A stretch of 64,000 nucleotides of DNA from Myxococcota bacterium (GTDB lineage Bacteria > Myxococcota_A > UBA9160 > UBA4427): NCBI GenBank assembly GCA_965250285.1, contig OZ252299.1, forward strand, positions 4,544,001-4,608,000. The letters are read 5' to 3'. This document shows positions 44,420 to 54,509 of this stretch, piece by piece (position 1 is the stretch's first letter; every line of letters begins with the position of its first letter). The translations under genes were made by a program, and so were the position numbers. The notes beneath the pieces were generated by a model that made no database searches, had not been told where the DNA came from, and was given only the letters and a program-made list of their open reading frames with translations.

Positions 44420-47400
44420 ATCTCACCGGGTTCGCGCTTCGAAACCAACCGCTCGTCGCCACGATCGTCGTCGCGCTCGTGATCTTCGCAGGCATGGCCC
44501 TGCAGAACTTTCCGAGCCAAGAGGATCCGCCGATCACCGTGCGCGAGGCGGTGGTCACGACGTTCGTGCCCGGCATGGAGGCCGAAGACATCGAGCTGCT
44601 GGTGACGAGGCAGCTCGAGAAGGCGCTCGCCCGCATCCCCGAGCGCGACTACATCTACTCGTGGTCGCGTGACGGCATCTCGATCATCAACATCAAGGTG
44701 CTCGACTCGTACGTTCAGGACGACCTCGACATCATCTGGAAGGACGTCCGCAACAAGGTCAACGACGCCCGCGGAGATCTGCCCGACAACGCGATCGGCC
44801 CCTTCGTCAACGACGACTTCGGCGACGTGACGGTGGTGAGCGCCGCGCTCACGGCCGAGGGCTTCTCGATGGCCGAGCTCAACGAGGTCGGCAAGCGGCT
44901 GGTCGATGCGCTCTACCTGGTCGACGGCGTCAAGCGGGTCGATCTCTATGGGGTCCAGTCGGAGACGTTCTGGGTCGAGTTCTCGACGTCGCGGATCGCC
45001 CAGCTGGGCTTCTCGGTCTCACAGATCGGCCAGGCACTGGTGAACGAGAACGTCGTGCTGCCCGGTGGCACGATCGACACGGGCCAGCGCGAGATCATCG
45101 TCGTTCCGCGCGCCGATCTGCAGAGCGTCGAAGACATCGAGAGCGTGGCGATCGAGATCCCGGGCTCGGGGCAGATCATCCGGCTGCGCGACATCGCGAG
45201 CGTGCACCGCGACTACGTCGACCCGCCCGAGGCGCCCTTCTACTTCGACGGTGAGGAGGCGGTGCTGATCGGCGTCTCGATGGCCGATGGTCAGAACGTG
45301 CTCGACGTCGGCCCCCGCATCGTCGAGCGTCTCGAAGAGCTCGAGCAGCTGCTGCCCATCGGGTTTCAGATTCGCGTCGGCAACTACCAGCCGACCCACG
45401 TCGAGCGGGCCGTCGAAGGTGTGCGCTCGAACCTGATGCAGACGATCGCGATCGTGCTCGTCGTGATCATCGCGTTCCTGGGCCTGCGCACCGGCGCCAT
45501 CGTGGGGCTGCACGTGCCGCTCACGATGATCGTCACCATCGTCGTGATGTATCTGCTGGGCATCGCGATGCACCGCATCTCGCTCGCGACGCTCATCATC
45601 TCGCTCGGCCTGCTCGTCGACAACGGCATCGTGGTGGCGGAGGAGATCGGCAAGCGGCTCTTCGAGGGCGAGGATCACGAATCGGCGGCGATCAACACCG
45701 GCAAGACCCTGTCGATGCCGCTGCTCACGTCTTCGATCACCACCGTCTTGATGTTCGTCCCGCTCGCCCTCGCACCCCACGCGGCCGGCGAGTACCTGCG
45801 GTCGATGTCGACCGTGATCCTGATCTCGCTCGGCGTGTCGTGGCTACTCGCGATGACCGTCACGCCGATCTTGTGCAGCCGCTTCTTGAAGCGGACCGAA
45901 GTCAGCCAGGAGGAGATCGACGCGCAGTACGACAAGCCCACGTACGTCGCCTACCGCAAGCTGCTCGTGGGCGTACTCGGCCAGCGCACGCTCTTTCTCG
46001 GCTCGATGGTGGGCGTGCTCGCCCTCGGCGTCTTCCTGTTCGGGCTGATCCCCGTCCAGTTCATGCCCGAGTCCGATCGCCCTCAGGTGCTGATCGACGT
46101 CAAGCTGCCGGCGGGCTACGGCATTCGCGAGACCGAGCGCCAGCTGACCGAGCTGTCGACCTGGCTCGACGACCCGAGCGACAACCCCGAGGTGCAGCAG
46201 GTGTTGACGTACGTCGGCAACGGCGGCGTGCGCTTCTTCGTCACCCTGAGCCCCGACCCGGCCGCACCGAACATGGGCTTCATCCTGGTGACGGTCGACT
46301 CGCTCGACGCGGTCGAGCCGCTGATGGCGCGCATTCGCAAGCACGCGCTCGAGACGTATCCGGCGCTCGATCTCATCGTGAAGCGCATGTTCATGGGGTC
46401 GGTCGAGACCGGACTCGTCGAGGCCCGCATCTCGGCGCTCGGCCTGCCGGGCCAACGCGACACGCTCTTCGAGGCGAGCCGTGAGGTCGCCGATGCGTTC
46501 GCCGATACGCCCCATACGCTCAACATCTACAACGACTGGGAGGACCGGATCGTCAAGGCCAATGTGCATGTCGATCAGGCCCGCGCCCAGCGGGCCCGGG
46601 TGACCAACGAAGAGATCGCAAACTCGCTCGAGGCGATCCTCACGGGCGGCACGGCGACGTCTCTGCGGGAGCGCGACGAGAACATCCCGATCACGGCCCG
46701 AGCCCTGCCCGCCGAGCGCCTGAGTTCCGACCGGCTGTTCACGGCCACGGTCTTCTCGAACGAGACGGGGTCGGCGGTTCCGCTCACCCAGATCGCGACG
46801 ATCGAACCCCAGAACAGCTTCTCGGTGATCAAGCGCCGCGACTACGCGCCGACGGTCACCGTACAGGCCAAGAGCCTCACGCAGACGGCGACCGAGCTCG
46901 AGGCGACGGTGGCGCCGAAGATCGACGAGATCGTCGACGAGCTCGGCCCCGGCTTCAGCTGGGAGTGGGGCGGTGAGAGCGAGTCGTCGACCGATGCGCA
47001 GCAGGCGCTCTTCGCCTTCGTGCCTCTGTGCCTGCTCGGCGTGTTGGTGTGTCTGGTCGGTCAGTTCAACTCGTTCCGCAAGCCGATCGTCGTGCTGCTC
47101 ACGATCCCCGTGGCGTTTACGGGCGTGGCCATCGGTCTGCTCGTCGGTGGCAGCTTTTACAGCTTCATGGCGCTGCTCGGCATGCTGAGCCTCGTTGGGA
47201 TCGTGGTGAACAACGCCATCGTCATGCTCGAGCAGATTGACATCGAGTACCGCGCCGGCGCCGAGCACTACGATGCGATCATCAAGGCGTGCCTCGGCCG
47301 CATGCGGCCGATTCTGATGACGACGCTCACGACGATCCTCGGCATGCTGCCGCTGATCATCTCGCGCGATCCGCTCTTCTACGACATGGCGATCACGATC

Positions 47401-47493
47401 GCGTTCGGTCTCGCCTTCGCGACCGTGATGACCCTCGGCCTCGCGCCTGTGCTCTACGCGACGATCATGCGCGTGCCTTCGCCGCGCGACTGA
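44416..47493 (+). CDS. RND efflux permease subunit
   Basis: 1025 aa, GLLVDNGIVV, GIVVNNAI, RMRPILMTTLTT. Confidence 0.95.
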   Translation: MNLTGFALRNQPLVATIVVALVIFAGMALQNFPSQEDPPITVREAVVTTFVPGMEAEDIELLVTRQLEKALARIPERDYIYSWSRDGISIINIKVLDSYVQDDLDIIWKDVRNKVNDARGDLPDNAIGPFVNDDFGDVTVVSAALTAEGFSMAELNEVGKRLVDALYLVDGVKRVDLYGVQSETFWVEFSTSRIAQLGFSVSQIGQALVNENVVLPGGTIDTGQREIIVVPRADLQSVEDIESVAIEIPGSGQIIRLRDIASVHRDYVDPPEAPFYFDGEEAVLIGVSMADGQNVLDVGPRIVERLEELEQLLPIGFQIRVGNYQPTHVERAVEGVRSNLMQTIAIVLVVIIAFLGLRTGAIVGLHVPLTMIVTIVVMYLLGIAMHRISLATLIISLGLLVDNGIVVAEEIGKRLFEGEDHESAAINTGKTLSMPLLTSSITTVLMFVPLALAPHAAGEYLRSMSTVILISLGVSWLLAMTVTPILCSRFLKRTEVSQEEIDAQYDKPTYVAYRKLLVGVLGQRTLFLGSMVGVLALGVFLFGLIPVQFMPESDRPQVLIDVKLPAGYGIRETERQLTELSTWLDDPSDNPEVQQVLTYVGNGGVRFFVTLSPDPAAPNMGFILVTVDSLDAVEPLMARIRKHALETYPALDLIVKRMFMGSVETGLVEARISALGLPGQRDTLFEASREVADAFADTPHTLNIYNDWEDRIVKANVHVDQARAQRARVTNEEIANSLEAILTGGTATSLRERDENIPITARALPAERLSSDRLFTATVFSNETGSAVPLTQIATIEPQNSFSVIKRRDYAPTVTVQAKSLTQTATELEATVAPKIDEIVDELGPGFSWEWGGESESSTDAQQALFAFVPLCLLGVLVCLVGQFNSFRKPIVVLLTIPVAFTGVAIGLLVGGSFYSFMALLGMLSLVGIVVNNAIVMLEQIDIEYRAGAEHYDAIIKACLGRMRPILMTTLTTILGMLPLIISRDPLFYDMAITIAFGLAFATVMTLGLAPVLYATIMRVPSPRD

Positions 47494-47508
47494 TCGAACC
47501 GCCGCGCG

Positions 47509-48096
47509 TCAATCGTGCTTGCCGGCGCTCCAGCCACCGCCGGCGAGCACCTTCTCGCCGAAGCTGCGCGGCGACGACTCGAGGGTCGTCGCCATCGTGT
47601 CGTTCCACCGGTTGAGGAAGCCGAAGAGCGCGATCACCGAGACGATCTCGACGATCTCGTCGTCGTCGAAGTGCTGCCTGAGTGCGGCGAAGTGCTCGTC
47701 CTCGACCGCGTTGGGGACGAGACCGGCAAACTGGGCCACGCGGAGCGCCGCGCGCTCCTTGTCGGTGAAGAGCGGGCTCGTCTCGTACTCGAACGCAGCC
47801 TCGATCTTCGCCTCGTCGACCCCGTTGCGATGCGCGGTATGGCTCGTATGCGCCTGACAGTACTGGCAGCCCGCCGCGCGGCTCGTGACGTAGCTGATGA
47901 GCGACTTGAGACCCGGCTCGAGCCGCCCCCCCGCGAGCACCGTCCCGGAGAGACCGGCGAAGGCCTGGAGCAGCGCCGGGCTGCGCCCCATGGTGAGCAT
48001 GCTCTCGGGCACGAAGCCCATGCCCTGCTCGACCATCTCGAAGAAGGGCTCGAAGTCGGAGAGGGTGTCGCGAGAGAGGGCGGGGACGCGCGGCAT
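47509..48096 (-). CDS. Carboxymuconolactone decarboxylase/AhpD-like peroxidase
   Basis: GCQYCQAH, FTDKERAAL, LFGFLNRWND. Confidence 0.88.
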   Translation of the reverse strand: MPRVPALSRDTLSDFEPFFEMVEQGMGFVPESMLTMGRSPALLQAFAGLSGTVLAGGRLEPGLKSLISYVTSRAAGCQYCQAHTSHTAHRNGVDEAKIEAAFEYETSPLFTDKERAALRVAQFAGLVPNAVEDEHFAALRQHFDDDEIVEIVSVIALFGFLNRWNDTMATTLESSPRSFGEKVLAGGGWSAGKHD

Positions 48097-48127
48097 GGCA
48101 GGGGCTCCTGGCGGGTGGACCCCGAGC

Positions 48128-49528
48128 CTAGAGCTTCTGCGCGCCGATCTCCCGCGCGCGGCCGTAGCGCTCGAGGGCGAGCTTGCGTCGCTCGGCGTGG
48201 TCGACGATCGGCGCCGCGTAGTCGGCGAGCAGCGGCGCCTTCCACGGTGTGTGGACGAGCTCATCGGGGAGCGGCGCGAGCTCGGGCACCCAGCGCTTCA
48301 CGTACGCGCCGTCGGGGTCGAAGCGCTGCCCTTGGCTCGTCGGATTGAAGATGCGGAAGTAGGGCTGCGCATCGGTGCCGGTCGAAGCGGCCCACTGCCA
48401 GCCGCCGTTGTTCTGCGCCGGGTCGCCATCGACCAGGCGATCGAAGAAGTATCGCTCGCCCTGGCGCCAGTCGATCAGCAGATCCTTCACGAGAAAGCTC
48501 GCAACGATCATGCGCACGCGGTTGTGCATCCATCCCGTCTCGCGAAGCTGACGCATGCCGGCGTCGACGATCGGATAGCCCGTCCGCCCCTCGCACCAGG
48601 CCTCGAAGCCGGCGGGGTCATCGTTCCACTCGAGAAAGTCGTATTCCTTTCGGTGGTTCTCCCGCAGCACGCGGGGATGAGTCTCGAGCACCGAAGCCAG
48701 AAACTCGCGCCAGATGAGCTCGTCGAGCCACTTGCCGATGCCCTCGCGGGCGCGCGCATCGGCGGCGGCCGCCTCGGCGCCGCGATCGAAGCACGTTCGG
48801 ATCGAGATCACGCCGAAGCGCAGATACGGCGAGATGCGCGATGTGCCATCGAGATCGGGGCGGTCGCGCCCGACGTGGTATTGACCGGCCGGTCCATCGA
48901 GAAACGCGTCGAGGCGGCGACGCGCCGCCGCTTCGCCCCCGGTCGGCAGCTTCGTCGCCTCGTCGGCGTCGGGTGCGACCGGAATCGGGTCGGCCTTGAA
49001 GCCGGGGATCGGGGGGGCCGTCCGCGGCATTCGAATCGGGCGGCGCGGGTCTTCTCGCCAGCACGCCCACCAACGGTTTCGATACGGGGTGTAGACCGCG
49101 AAGGGGCCGCCCGCCTGGGTGCGCACTTCGTCGGCGGTGTACACGACGTGGTCGACGCACGAGACGATGGCGTGCCCCGCCTGCTCGACGGCCCGCCGCA
49201 CGTCGTTGTCGCGCGCGGTGGCGAACGGCGTGGTGTCTTCATTGAACGACAGGATCTGCGCGCCGGTTTCGTGCATGAGCCGCGGCAAGACGTCGTCGGG
49301 GCGACCGGCTCGAACGAGCAGCGGGACACCCTTGCGTTCGAGATCGGCCGAGAGCCGACCGAGGCAGTCGAAGAGGAAGCGGCGCCGCGGGCCGCCGGCT
49401 TCGTTCGTGAGACGCGGATCGAGTACGAAGACCGGCAGCCACTCGTCACAGCGTTCGAGCAGGGCCGCGAGGGCCGTGTTGTCTTGCAGGCGAAGGTCGT
49501 TGCGAAACCAGTGCAGACCTCGGGTCAT
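48128..49528 (-). CDS. phrB: Deoxyribodipyrimidine photolyase (class I CPD-type)
   Basis: WFRNDLRLQDN, TSRISPYLRFG, WREF, GRTGYPIVDAGMR, MHNRVRM, NNGGWQW, RIFNP. Confidence 0.95.
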   Translation of the reverse strand: MTRGLHWFRNDLRLQDNTALAALLERCDEWLPVFVLDPRLTNEAGGPRRRFLFDCLGRLSADLERKGVPLLVRAGRPDDVLPRLMHETGAQILSFNEDTTPFATARDNDVRRAVEQAGHAIVSCVDHVVYTADEVRTQAGGPFAVYTPYRNRWWACWREDPRRPIRMPRTAPPIPGFKADPIPVAPDADEATKLPTGGEAAARRRLDAFLDGPAGQYHVGRDRPDLDGTSRISPYLRFGVISIRTCFDRGAEAAAADARAREGIGKWLDELIWREFLASVLETHPRVLRENHRKEYDFLEWNDDPAGFEAWCEGRTGYPIVDAGMRQLRETGWMHNRVRMIVASFLVKDLLIDWRQGERYFFDRLVDGDPAQNNGGWQWAASTGTDAQPYFRIFNPTSQGQRFDPDGAYVKRWVPELAPLPDELVHTPWKAPLLADYAAPIVDHAERRKLALERYGRAREIGAQKL

Positions 49529-49700
49529 GGATCGGCTCGCATTCGGGCGGGGAGGAACGGTGGGCGACCGCGTGCGTCGGAGAAGTGGTGGAGCCTCCGC
49601 TGGCTCTCAACAGCGGGTGGGCGGCTCCAAACTACGCACGCGGTCGCCGTTGCTCGCAAGGTGGGAAGGGGACCAGGGGCCACCTCACGAGCCAGATCGG

Positions 49701-49862
49701 CTAGTACGTCGGGCGAATGCCCGGCTCGGCTCCTTCGGTTCGGGCCTTGGCCTTCGCCTCGCGCATCGATTCGTCCCAGCGCTCGCGGAGGTAGACCCAG
49801 ACGCCTGCGATCGCGATGAGACTCACCGCGGTCCCGAACGTCAAGAACTGCACGTCATTCAT
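49701..49862 (-). CDS. 53-aa single-pass membrane microprotein (absent from the ORF track)
   Basis: MNDVQFLTFGTAVSLIAIAGVWVYLRERWDESMREAKAKARTEGAEPGIRPTY. GAGGA RBS; start overlaps the stop of 49855..50091. Confidence 0.65.
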   Translation of the reverse strand: MNDVQFLTFGTAVSLIAIAGVWVYLRERWDESMREAKAKARTEGAEPGIRPTY

Positions 49863-50091
49863 GACCGTTCCTCGAGTGAAGCAGCGTGCCGGCTGCGAGG
49901 ATCGAAGGCACCCAGAGACCTACGAAGAGACCCTGCTCGCGGTCACCACTGATGAAGAGGTGGATCGACATCGCGAACGAGAGGAGCGCGGCCAGAAAGA
50001 AGAGGGCCTTGGGCATCCCGATGCCGGGCACGACTTCGGGGGCCGGGGCACGTTCGCGCTCGGCGCGCACGTCGGTCACTTCGATTCTCAT
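49855..50091 (-). CDS. Small two-helix membrane protein
   Basis: Two hydrophobic segments ending GLFVGLWVPSIL. ATGA overlap with the upstream gene and GGAGG RBS. Confidence 0.7.
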   Translation of the reverse strand: MRIEVTDVRAERERAPAPEVVPGIGMPKALFFLAALLSFAMSIHLFISGDREQGLFVGLWVPSILAAGTLLHSRNGHE

Positions 50092-50699
50092 GACAGCGCC
50101 TCCCGTGCGACGGGCTCGCCGTTGCGCTTTCGATCAGACTTCGGCTGGCTCTTCGCTGCGGCCGCGCTCTGACCGCCCCGCGAGGCCGCGGTGCGCTTGC
50201 TCTGCACGGTCGCCTTCGGGCGCGCCTTGGCCTTGCGCGGTCGCTGCGAGGCTCGGTCGCGCAGGGCCAGGGTGCGCGTGTATCGCCGCAGCCCCTCGGC
50301 CGCGCGCGACGCGATGCGGGGCAGAACGAGGTCGATCAGGGGATCGGCGATGCGCCCCAGACCGGCGAGATCGCAGCGCAGCTCCCAGGTGATCCGCGTG
50401 CCGCGCCCGCGCGAAACGAGCGTGATCTCGTCGACCAGCAGCATGCGGCCGTCGCCCCCGTGGAGCACGACGCGGCTCGGCGGCTCGAAGTCGGTGATCG
50501 CGTAGCCGTAGGTCGCCGTGCGGCCGAGCAGGCTGACCTCGACGCGAAAGCGGCTGCCGGCGCGGAGCGGCGCTCGGGTCGTGGCCTTCGCCGAAACGAC
50601 GCCGGGGTCCCACTCGGAGGTGCGAGCGAAGTCGGCCACGAGCTCGAAGGCCTGCTCGATGGGCAGCGCGATGTCGATGACTTCGATGTGTCGGGCCAT
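50088..50699 (-). CDS. SRPBCC (polyketide cyclase-like) family protein
   Basis: AFELVADF....EWDPGV, ITDFEPPSRVV, basic C-terminal tail. Confidence 0.85.
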   Translation of the reverse strand: MARHIEVIDIALPIEQAFELVADFARTSEWDPGVVSAKATTRAPLRAGSRFRVEVSLLGRTATYGYAITDFEPPSRVVLHGGDGRMLLVDEITLVSRGRGTRITWELRCDLAGLGRIADPLIDLVLPRIASRAAEGLRRYTRTLALRDRASQRPRKAKARPKATVQSKRTAASRGGQSAAAAKSQPKSDRKRNGEPVAREALS

Positions 50700-50726
50700 G
50701 TTGCCCTCCTCTGTCGCTCGGTCTCT

Positions 50727-50781
50727 AGGATGCCGCCCAGACCTGGACGTGTCAAGATATTTTCAGTACAAATCCTGTACG
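50727..50781 (-). promoter_or_regulatory. sigma70-type promoter with an adjacent palindromic operator
   Basis: Minus strand TTGACA(50755-50750)-N17-CATCCT, plus GTACA-N5-TGTAC at 50766-50780. Confidence 0.5.
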
Positions 50782-50910
50782 CAAGCTTATCGAAACGCAA
50801 CAGGTGCGACTTGAGCAGCTCAAGTGGTGTCTGAATCTGGACGAAGAGCTACGCTGTCCAGATCGATCTGAGGCCGACCTCGCAGAGCGGCCGCACCTCG
50901 AGGTGATGTC

Positions 50911-51357
50911 ATGACCCCCAAGGGCCCCTGGAAGCTCTCCGAGATCGACGCCTTTCTGGGCGACGCGCGCGTGCCCGTGCGCGTGGCCGTGAACGGCGCG
51001 AGCGGCCACCCGGTACTCGCCTCACTCTGGTTCACCCGTCGCGAGGGGCGGCTGTGGTGCGCGACGCGACGCGACGCCCACATCCATCAGCTGCTCGAGA
51101 AGGATCCGCGCTGCGGCTTCGAGGTCTCTGTCGAGGCGCCGCCCTACCGGGGCGTGCGCGGCACAGCGGTCGCCACGCTCGACCCGTCTCGGGGCGAGCT
51201 CGTGCTGCGCGAGCTGATCGACCGCTACCTGGGCGACGCGACGTCGAAGCTCGCGCGCCAGCTGCTCGCGCGCGCCGAGGACGAGGTCGCCATCGGCCTC
51301 GAGCCCCGCACGCTCGTCAGCTGGGACTTCACCGAGCGGATGCGCGGGATCGAGTAG
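50911..51357 (+). CDS. Pyridoxamine 5'-phosphate oxidase-like (split-barrel flavin-binding) protein
   Basis: G.P.LASLWF, DPRCGFEV, PYRGVRG, SWDF. Confidence 0.82.
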   Translation: MTPKGPWKLSEIDAFLGDARVPVRVAVNGASGHPVLASLWFTRREGRLWCATRRDAHIHQLLEKDPRCGFEVSVEAPPYRGVRGTAVATLDPSRGELVLRELIDRYLGDATSKLARQLLARAEDEVAIGLEPRTLVSWDFTERMRGIE

Positions 51358-51466
51358 CCCCGACCTACGAGGCGCCGCCCTTCCGCGCGACGCGGTCGCC
51401 GGACCAGACCGAGCGGCGTGTTCCAGCGAATCGTCGCCGTCGAAGACGGAGTGCTACCCCTCCGCT

Positions 51467-52822
51467 ATGCGCCCCGACTTTCCGTTCCGCCCGGCGGCGT
51501 TTCCCTTCTTCTATGGCTGGGTCGTCCTCGCGGCGTCGACCCTCGGCATCGTGATGAGCGTGCCGGGGCAGACGATGGGAGTGTCGGTCTTCGCCGACCA
51601 CATCCTCGACGCAACCGGTCTCTCTCGCCTCGAGCTCAGCAACGCGTACCTCGTGGGCACGATCGCAAGCGGCCTGGCTCTGCCCTGGGGCGGCACGCTG
51701 GTCGATCGCTTCGGTGTGCGGCGCATGATCGTGATCTCGTCGATCGGGCTCGCGGCCACCCTCTTGTTTCTCGCCCGCGGCGACGCGCTGATCGAGGCGC
51801 TCACGTCACGAATCACCTTCGCACCCGCCGGCTGGGTCGCGATGGCGGTCTTCGCGCTCGGCTTCACCGGCCTGCGGTTCACCGGCCAGGGCATGCTGAC
51901 GCTGACGTCACGCACGATGGTGGGCCGCTGGTTCGAGAAGAAGCGTGGCTTCGTCGCGGCGATCTCGGGGCCCTTCGTCAGCTTCTCGTTCGCCGGCGCG
52001 CCGCTGCTGCTCTCGTGGTGGATCGGCCGTGCGGGCTGGCGCGGGGCCTGGGTCGAGATGGCCGTGGTCGTCGCCGTTGTGATGGGCGGCCTCGGCTGGC
52101 TGCTGTTTCGCGAGACCCCCGAGTCGTGCGGACTGCACGTCGACGGTGCTTCGACCGGGCCCGACGCCCTTGCACTCACGGCGAGGGAGACGGTCGAAGA
52201 AGCGGCGGGGCCCCGCGGCGACGAAGCGGTCGAAGACGACTTCACTCGACCCGAGGCGCTGCGCACGGCGGCGTTCTGGCTCGTGACGCTCGCCATCGGC
52301 AGTCAGGCGATGGTGGGCACCGGCATCACGTTCCACATCGTCGACCTCGGTGCCGAGATGGGTCTCGCCGAGCAGCAGGCCGTCGCGATCTTTCTGCCGA
52401 TCGCCGTCGTCAGCGCGCTGGTCGGCTTTCTCGCCGGCGCAGCCGTCGACCGCTATCCGATTCGGCACCTCATCATGGTCATGATGGCCGCACAGTGCGT
52501 CATGTTCTCGGCGATGGCCCACTTCGCCGAGCCGGGCTGGCGCTTGGCCGCGACGCTGGGCTGGGGGATCGCGAGCGGGTTCTATGGCCCGCTCACGGTG
52601 GCGGCGATCCCCAACTTCTTCGGCCGTACGCACCTCGGTGCGATCCAGGGCGCCATGATGAGCGCGATCGTGATCGCGAGCGCGCTCGGCCCGTCGGCCC
52701 TCGCGGCCCTGCGCGACGGCTTCGACTCGTACGTGCCGGGCCTCTATCTGATGGTCGCCCTACCGGCGCTGGTCTTCTTCGGGGCGCCGCTCACGCCGGA
52801 TCCGAAGCGACCGACCGCCTGA
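51467..52822 (+). CDS. MFS transporter
   Basis: FFYGW, PGQT.GVSVF, GTLVDRFGVR, FFGRTHLGAI. Confidence 0.92.
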   Translation: MRPDFPFRPAAFPFFYGWVVLAASTLGIVMSVPGQTMGVSVFADHILDATGLSRLELSNAYLVGTIASGLALPWGGTLVDRFGVRRMIVISSIGLAATLLFLARGDALIEALTSRITFAPAGWVAMAVFALGFTGLRFTGQGMLTLTSRTMVGRWFEKKRGFVAAISGPFVSFSFAGAPLLLSWWIGRAGWRGAWVEMAVVVAVVMGGLGWLLFRETPESCGLHVDGASTGPDALALTARETVEEAAGPRGDEAVEDDFTRPEALRTAAFWLVTLAIGSQAMVGTGITFHIVDLGAEMGLAEQQAVAIFLPIAVVSALVGFLAGAAVDRYPIRHLIMVMMAAQCVMFSAMAHFAEPGWRLAATLGWGIASGFYGPLTVAAIPNFFGRTHLGAIQGAMMSAIVIASALGPSALAALRDGFDSYVPGLYLMVALPALVFFGAPLTPDPKRPTA

Positions 52823-52853
52823 AGGCGGAAGGCCCGCACGACCTGAGCCCGCG

Positions 52854-53741
52854 CTACCAGAAGCTCTTCAGGATCAGATGATCGGGGATATCGTCTTTGA
52901 TCTCTTCGTGCAGCTGCGGGAGCAGCGACCAGTGCACGCCCGGGCGCTTGTGGTGCGCCGTGTGGAGGCCGAGGTTGCACGTCACGAAGTTGTAGATGCG
53001 GTTCTCGCGGTTCACGCTGCCGACCAGATGATCGTGGGTCTCGCAGCCCGCGTGGTGCTCGTAGGTCGCCCAGATCGTGTGCGTCAGCGCGATGAACCCG
53101 GGCACGAGAAACACGATGACGGTGTTGAGCGGATTCAGCCAGAGCAGGAGGCCGAGCACCGCGTACACCGGCAGCTTCATGGCCAGCCAGTAGCGCATGT
53201 ACCGCGGGTAGCGCAGGCCGACCTGATAGATGTCGGACTGATGCCGCAGCAGCATGTCGATCGTGTACTCGACGCGCGACATCTGCGCACCGTCGCGGCG
53301 CGTCCAGGCCGACTCGTCGGGCGACGCGTGCGGGTGCTGATTGAGATAGTTGACGTGGTGCCCGAGGTTGTGATGGAGCACCCAGCTGTACGGCCCCACA
53401 CCCGTCTGCAGCGACAGCATGACGTCGTAGATGCGGTTCAGCGCCGGCGAACGGAACGTGTTGATGTGCTGATGGTGGTGGTTGATCGCCGCGACGAACA
53501 TGCTGAGCACCGTCAACGGCACCGCGCACGCCAACGCGACCCACGGCCCGGCGAAGGCCCAGACCGCGAGATGCGCCGCGAACTTGGTGATGACGAACGC
53601 CACCGGCAGGCGGTCGGCCTTGTACTTGAGCACGCTGCCGCGGCGGGCCTCCTCCACGCTGATGCGCGAGCGGCGGCGCGACCCTGCGCCCGCGGTCAGC
53701 TCATCGAGTACGGGCGGCACGAGATCGGTGCTGGCTGTCAT
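52854..53741 (-). CDS. Membrane fatty acid desaturase family protein
   Basis: His boxes HHHQH, HHNLGHH, HTAHH. Confidence 0.88.
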   Translation of the reverse strand: MTASTDLVPPVLDELTAGAGSRRRSRISVEEARRGSVLKYKADRLPVAFVITKFAAHLAVWAFAGPWVALACAVPLTVLSMFVAAINHHHQHINTFRSPALNRIYDVMLSLQTGVGPYSWVLHHNLGHHVNYLNQHPHASPDESAWTRRDGAQMSRVEYTIDMLLRHQSDIYQVGLRYPRYMRYWLAMKLPVYAVLGLLLWLNPLNTVIVFLVPGFIALTHTIWATYEHHAGCETHDHLVGSVNRENRIYNFVTCNLGLHTAHHKRPGVHWSLLPQLHEEIKDDIPDHLILKSFW

Positions 53742-54025
53742 GATACGAGTCGACTCTCCGTCTTTCGGTCAGCGGGCGCGGGGTACCGGATGCAGATCGG
53801 CCAGTCGCGGCCGTCACACGAGCGCATGCGACGGGGCAACGGGCGTCCGGCGGTCGCAGATCCGTCCGCCGTTCATCGGGAGGCGGCGCGCAGTGTATGG
53901 GAGTCATCGACACGCCGGATCGTTCAGCGTGTGAAAGCTCGGTCAAATCGGGGCGGGCGGGCAGCCGAGGGCATAGGGTGATCACCCGAGCGAGCCACGT
54001 CCGAGGGGCGGCGGAGGCGCCGCGC

Positions 54026-54439
54026 TCAGCCCGGGTTGCGCTCGTGGGCCGGGATGTCCGGATTCGCGGGGCACCACGGCTGCGCCGAAGACGACCAGAA
54101 CGAAGACGCCGGCTCGACCCACGACGCGTCATCGAGCGCACCCGTCTTCACGAAGAAGGCGCCGGGCATGACCTCGACCTGGCTGAACAGCTGTGAGCCG
54201 CAGGTGGCGCAGAAGCTCCGCTCGACCCCGCCACCGCTCTCCCCGCTGACGCGCCAGACGGCCGGCGTGCCCTCGAGCTCGAAGGCCGGCGCCGGCACGA
54301 TGCAGAACGTGGCGAAGGCGCTCCCGGTCGCGCGCTGGCAATCGAGACAGTGACAATGGTGGGCCGACGGCGACGCACCTCGGTCGAACCGAAACCGGAT
54401 CGCGCCGCACGCACAGCCGCCCGCGACCTGCTCGCCCAT
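54026..54439 (-). CDS. GFA/CENP-V family Zn protein
   Basis: GGCACGAIR, CHCLDCQR, FCATCGS. Confidence 0.92.
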   Translation of the reverse strand: MGEQVAGGCACGAIRFRFDRGASPSAHHCHCLDCQRATGSAFATFCIVPAPAFELEGTPAVWRVSGESGGGVERSFCATCGSQLFSQVEVMPGAFFVKTGALDDASWVEPASSFWSSSAQPWCPANPDIPAHERNPG

Positions 54440-54509
54440 GATCGATCCCCTCTCGGTTCGGCCCGGCTGGAGCGCGGCGGCCCCAAGGGCCGGCTCGCGC
54501 AGCGTCGGC

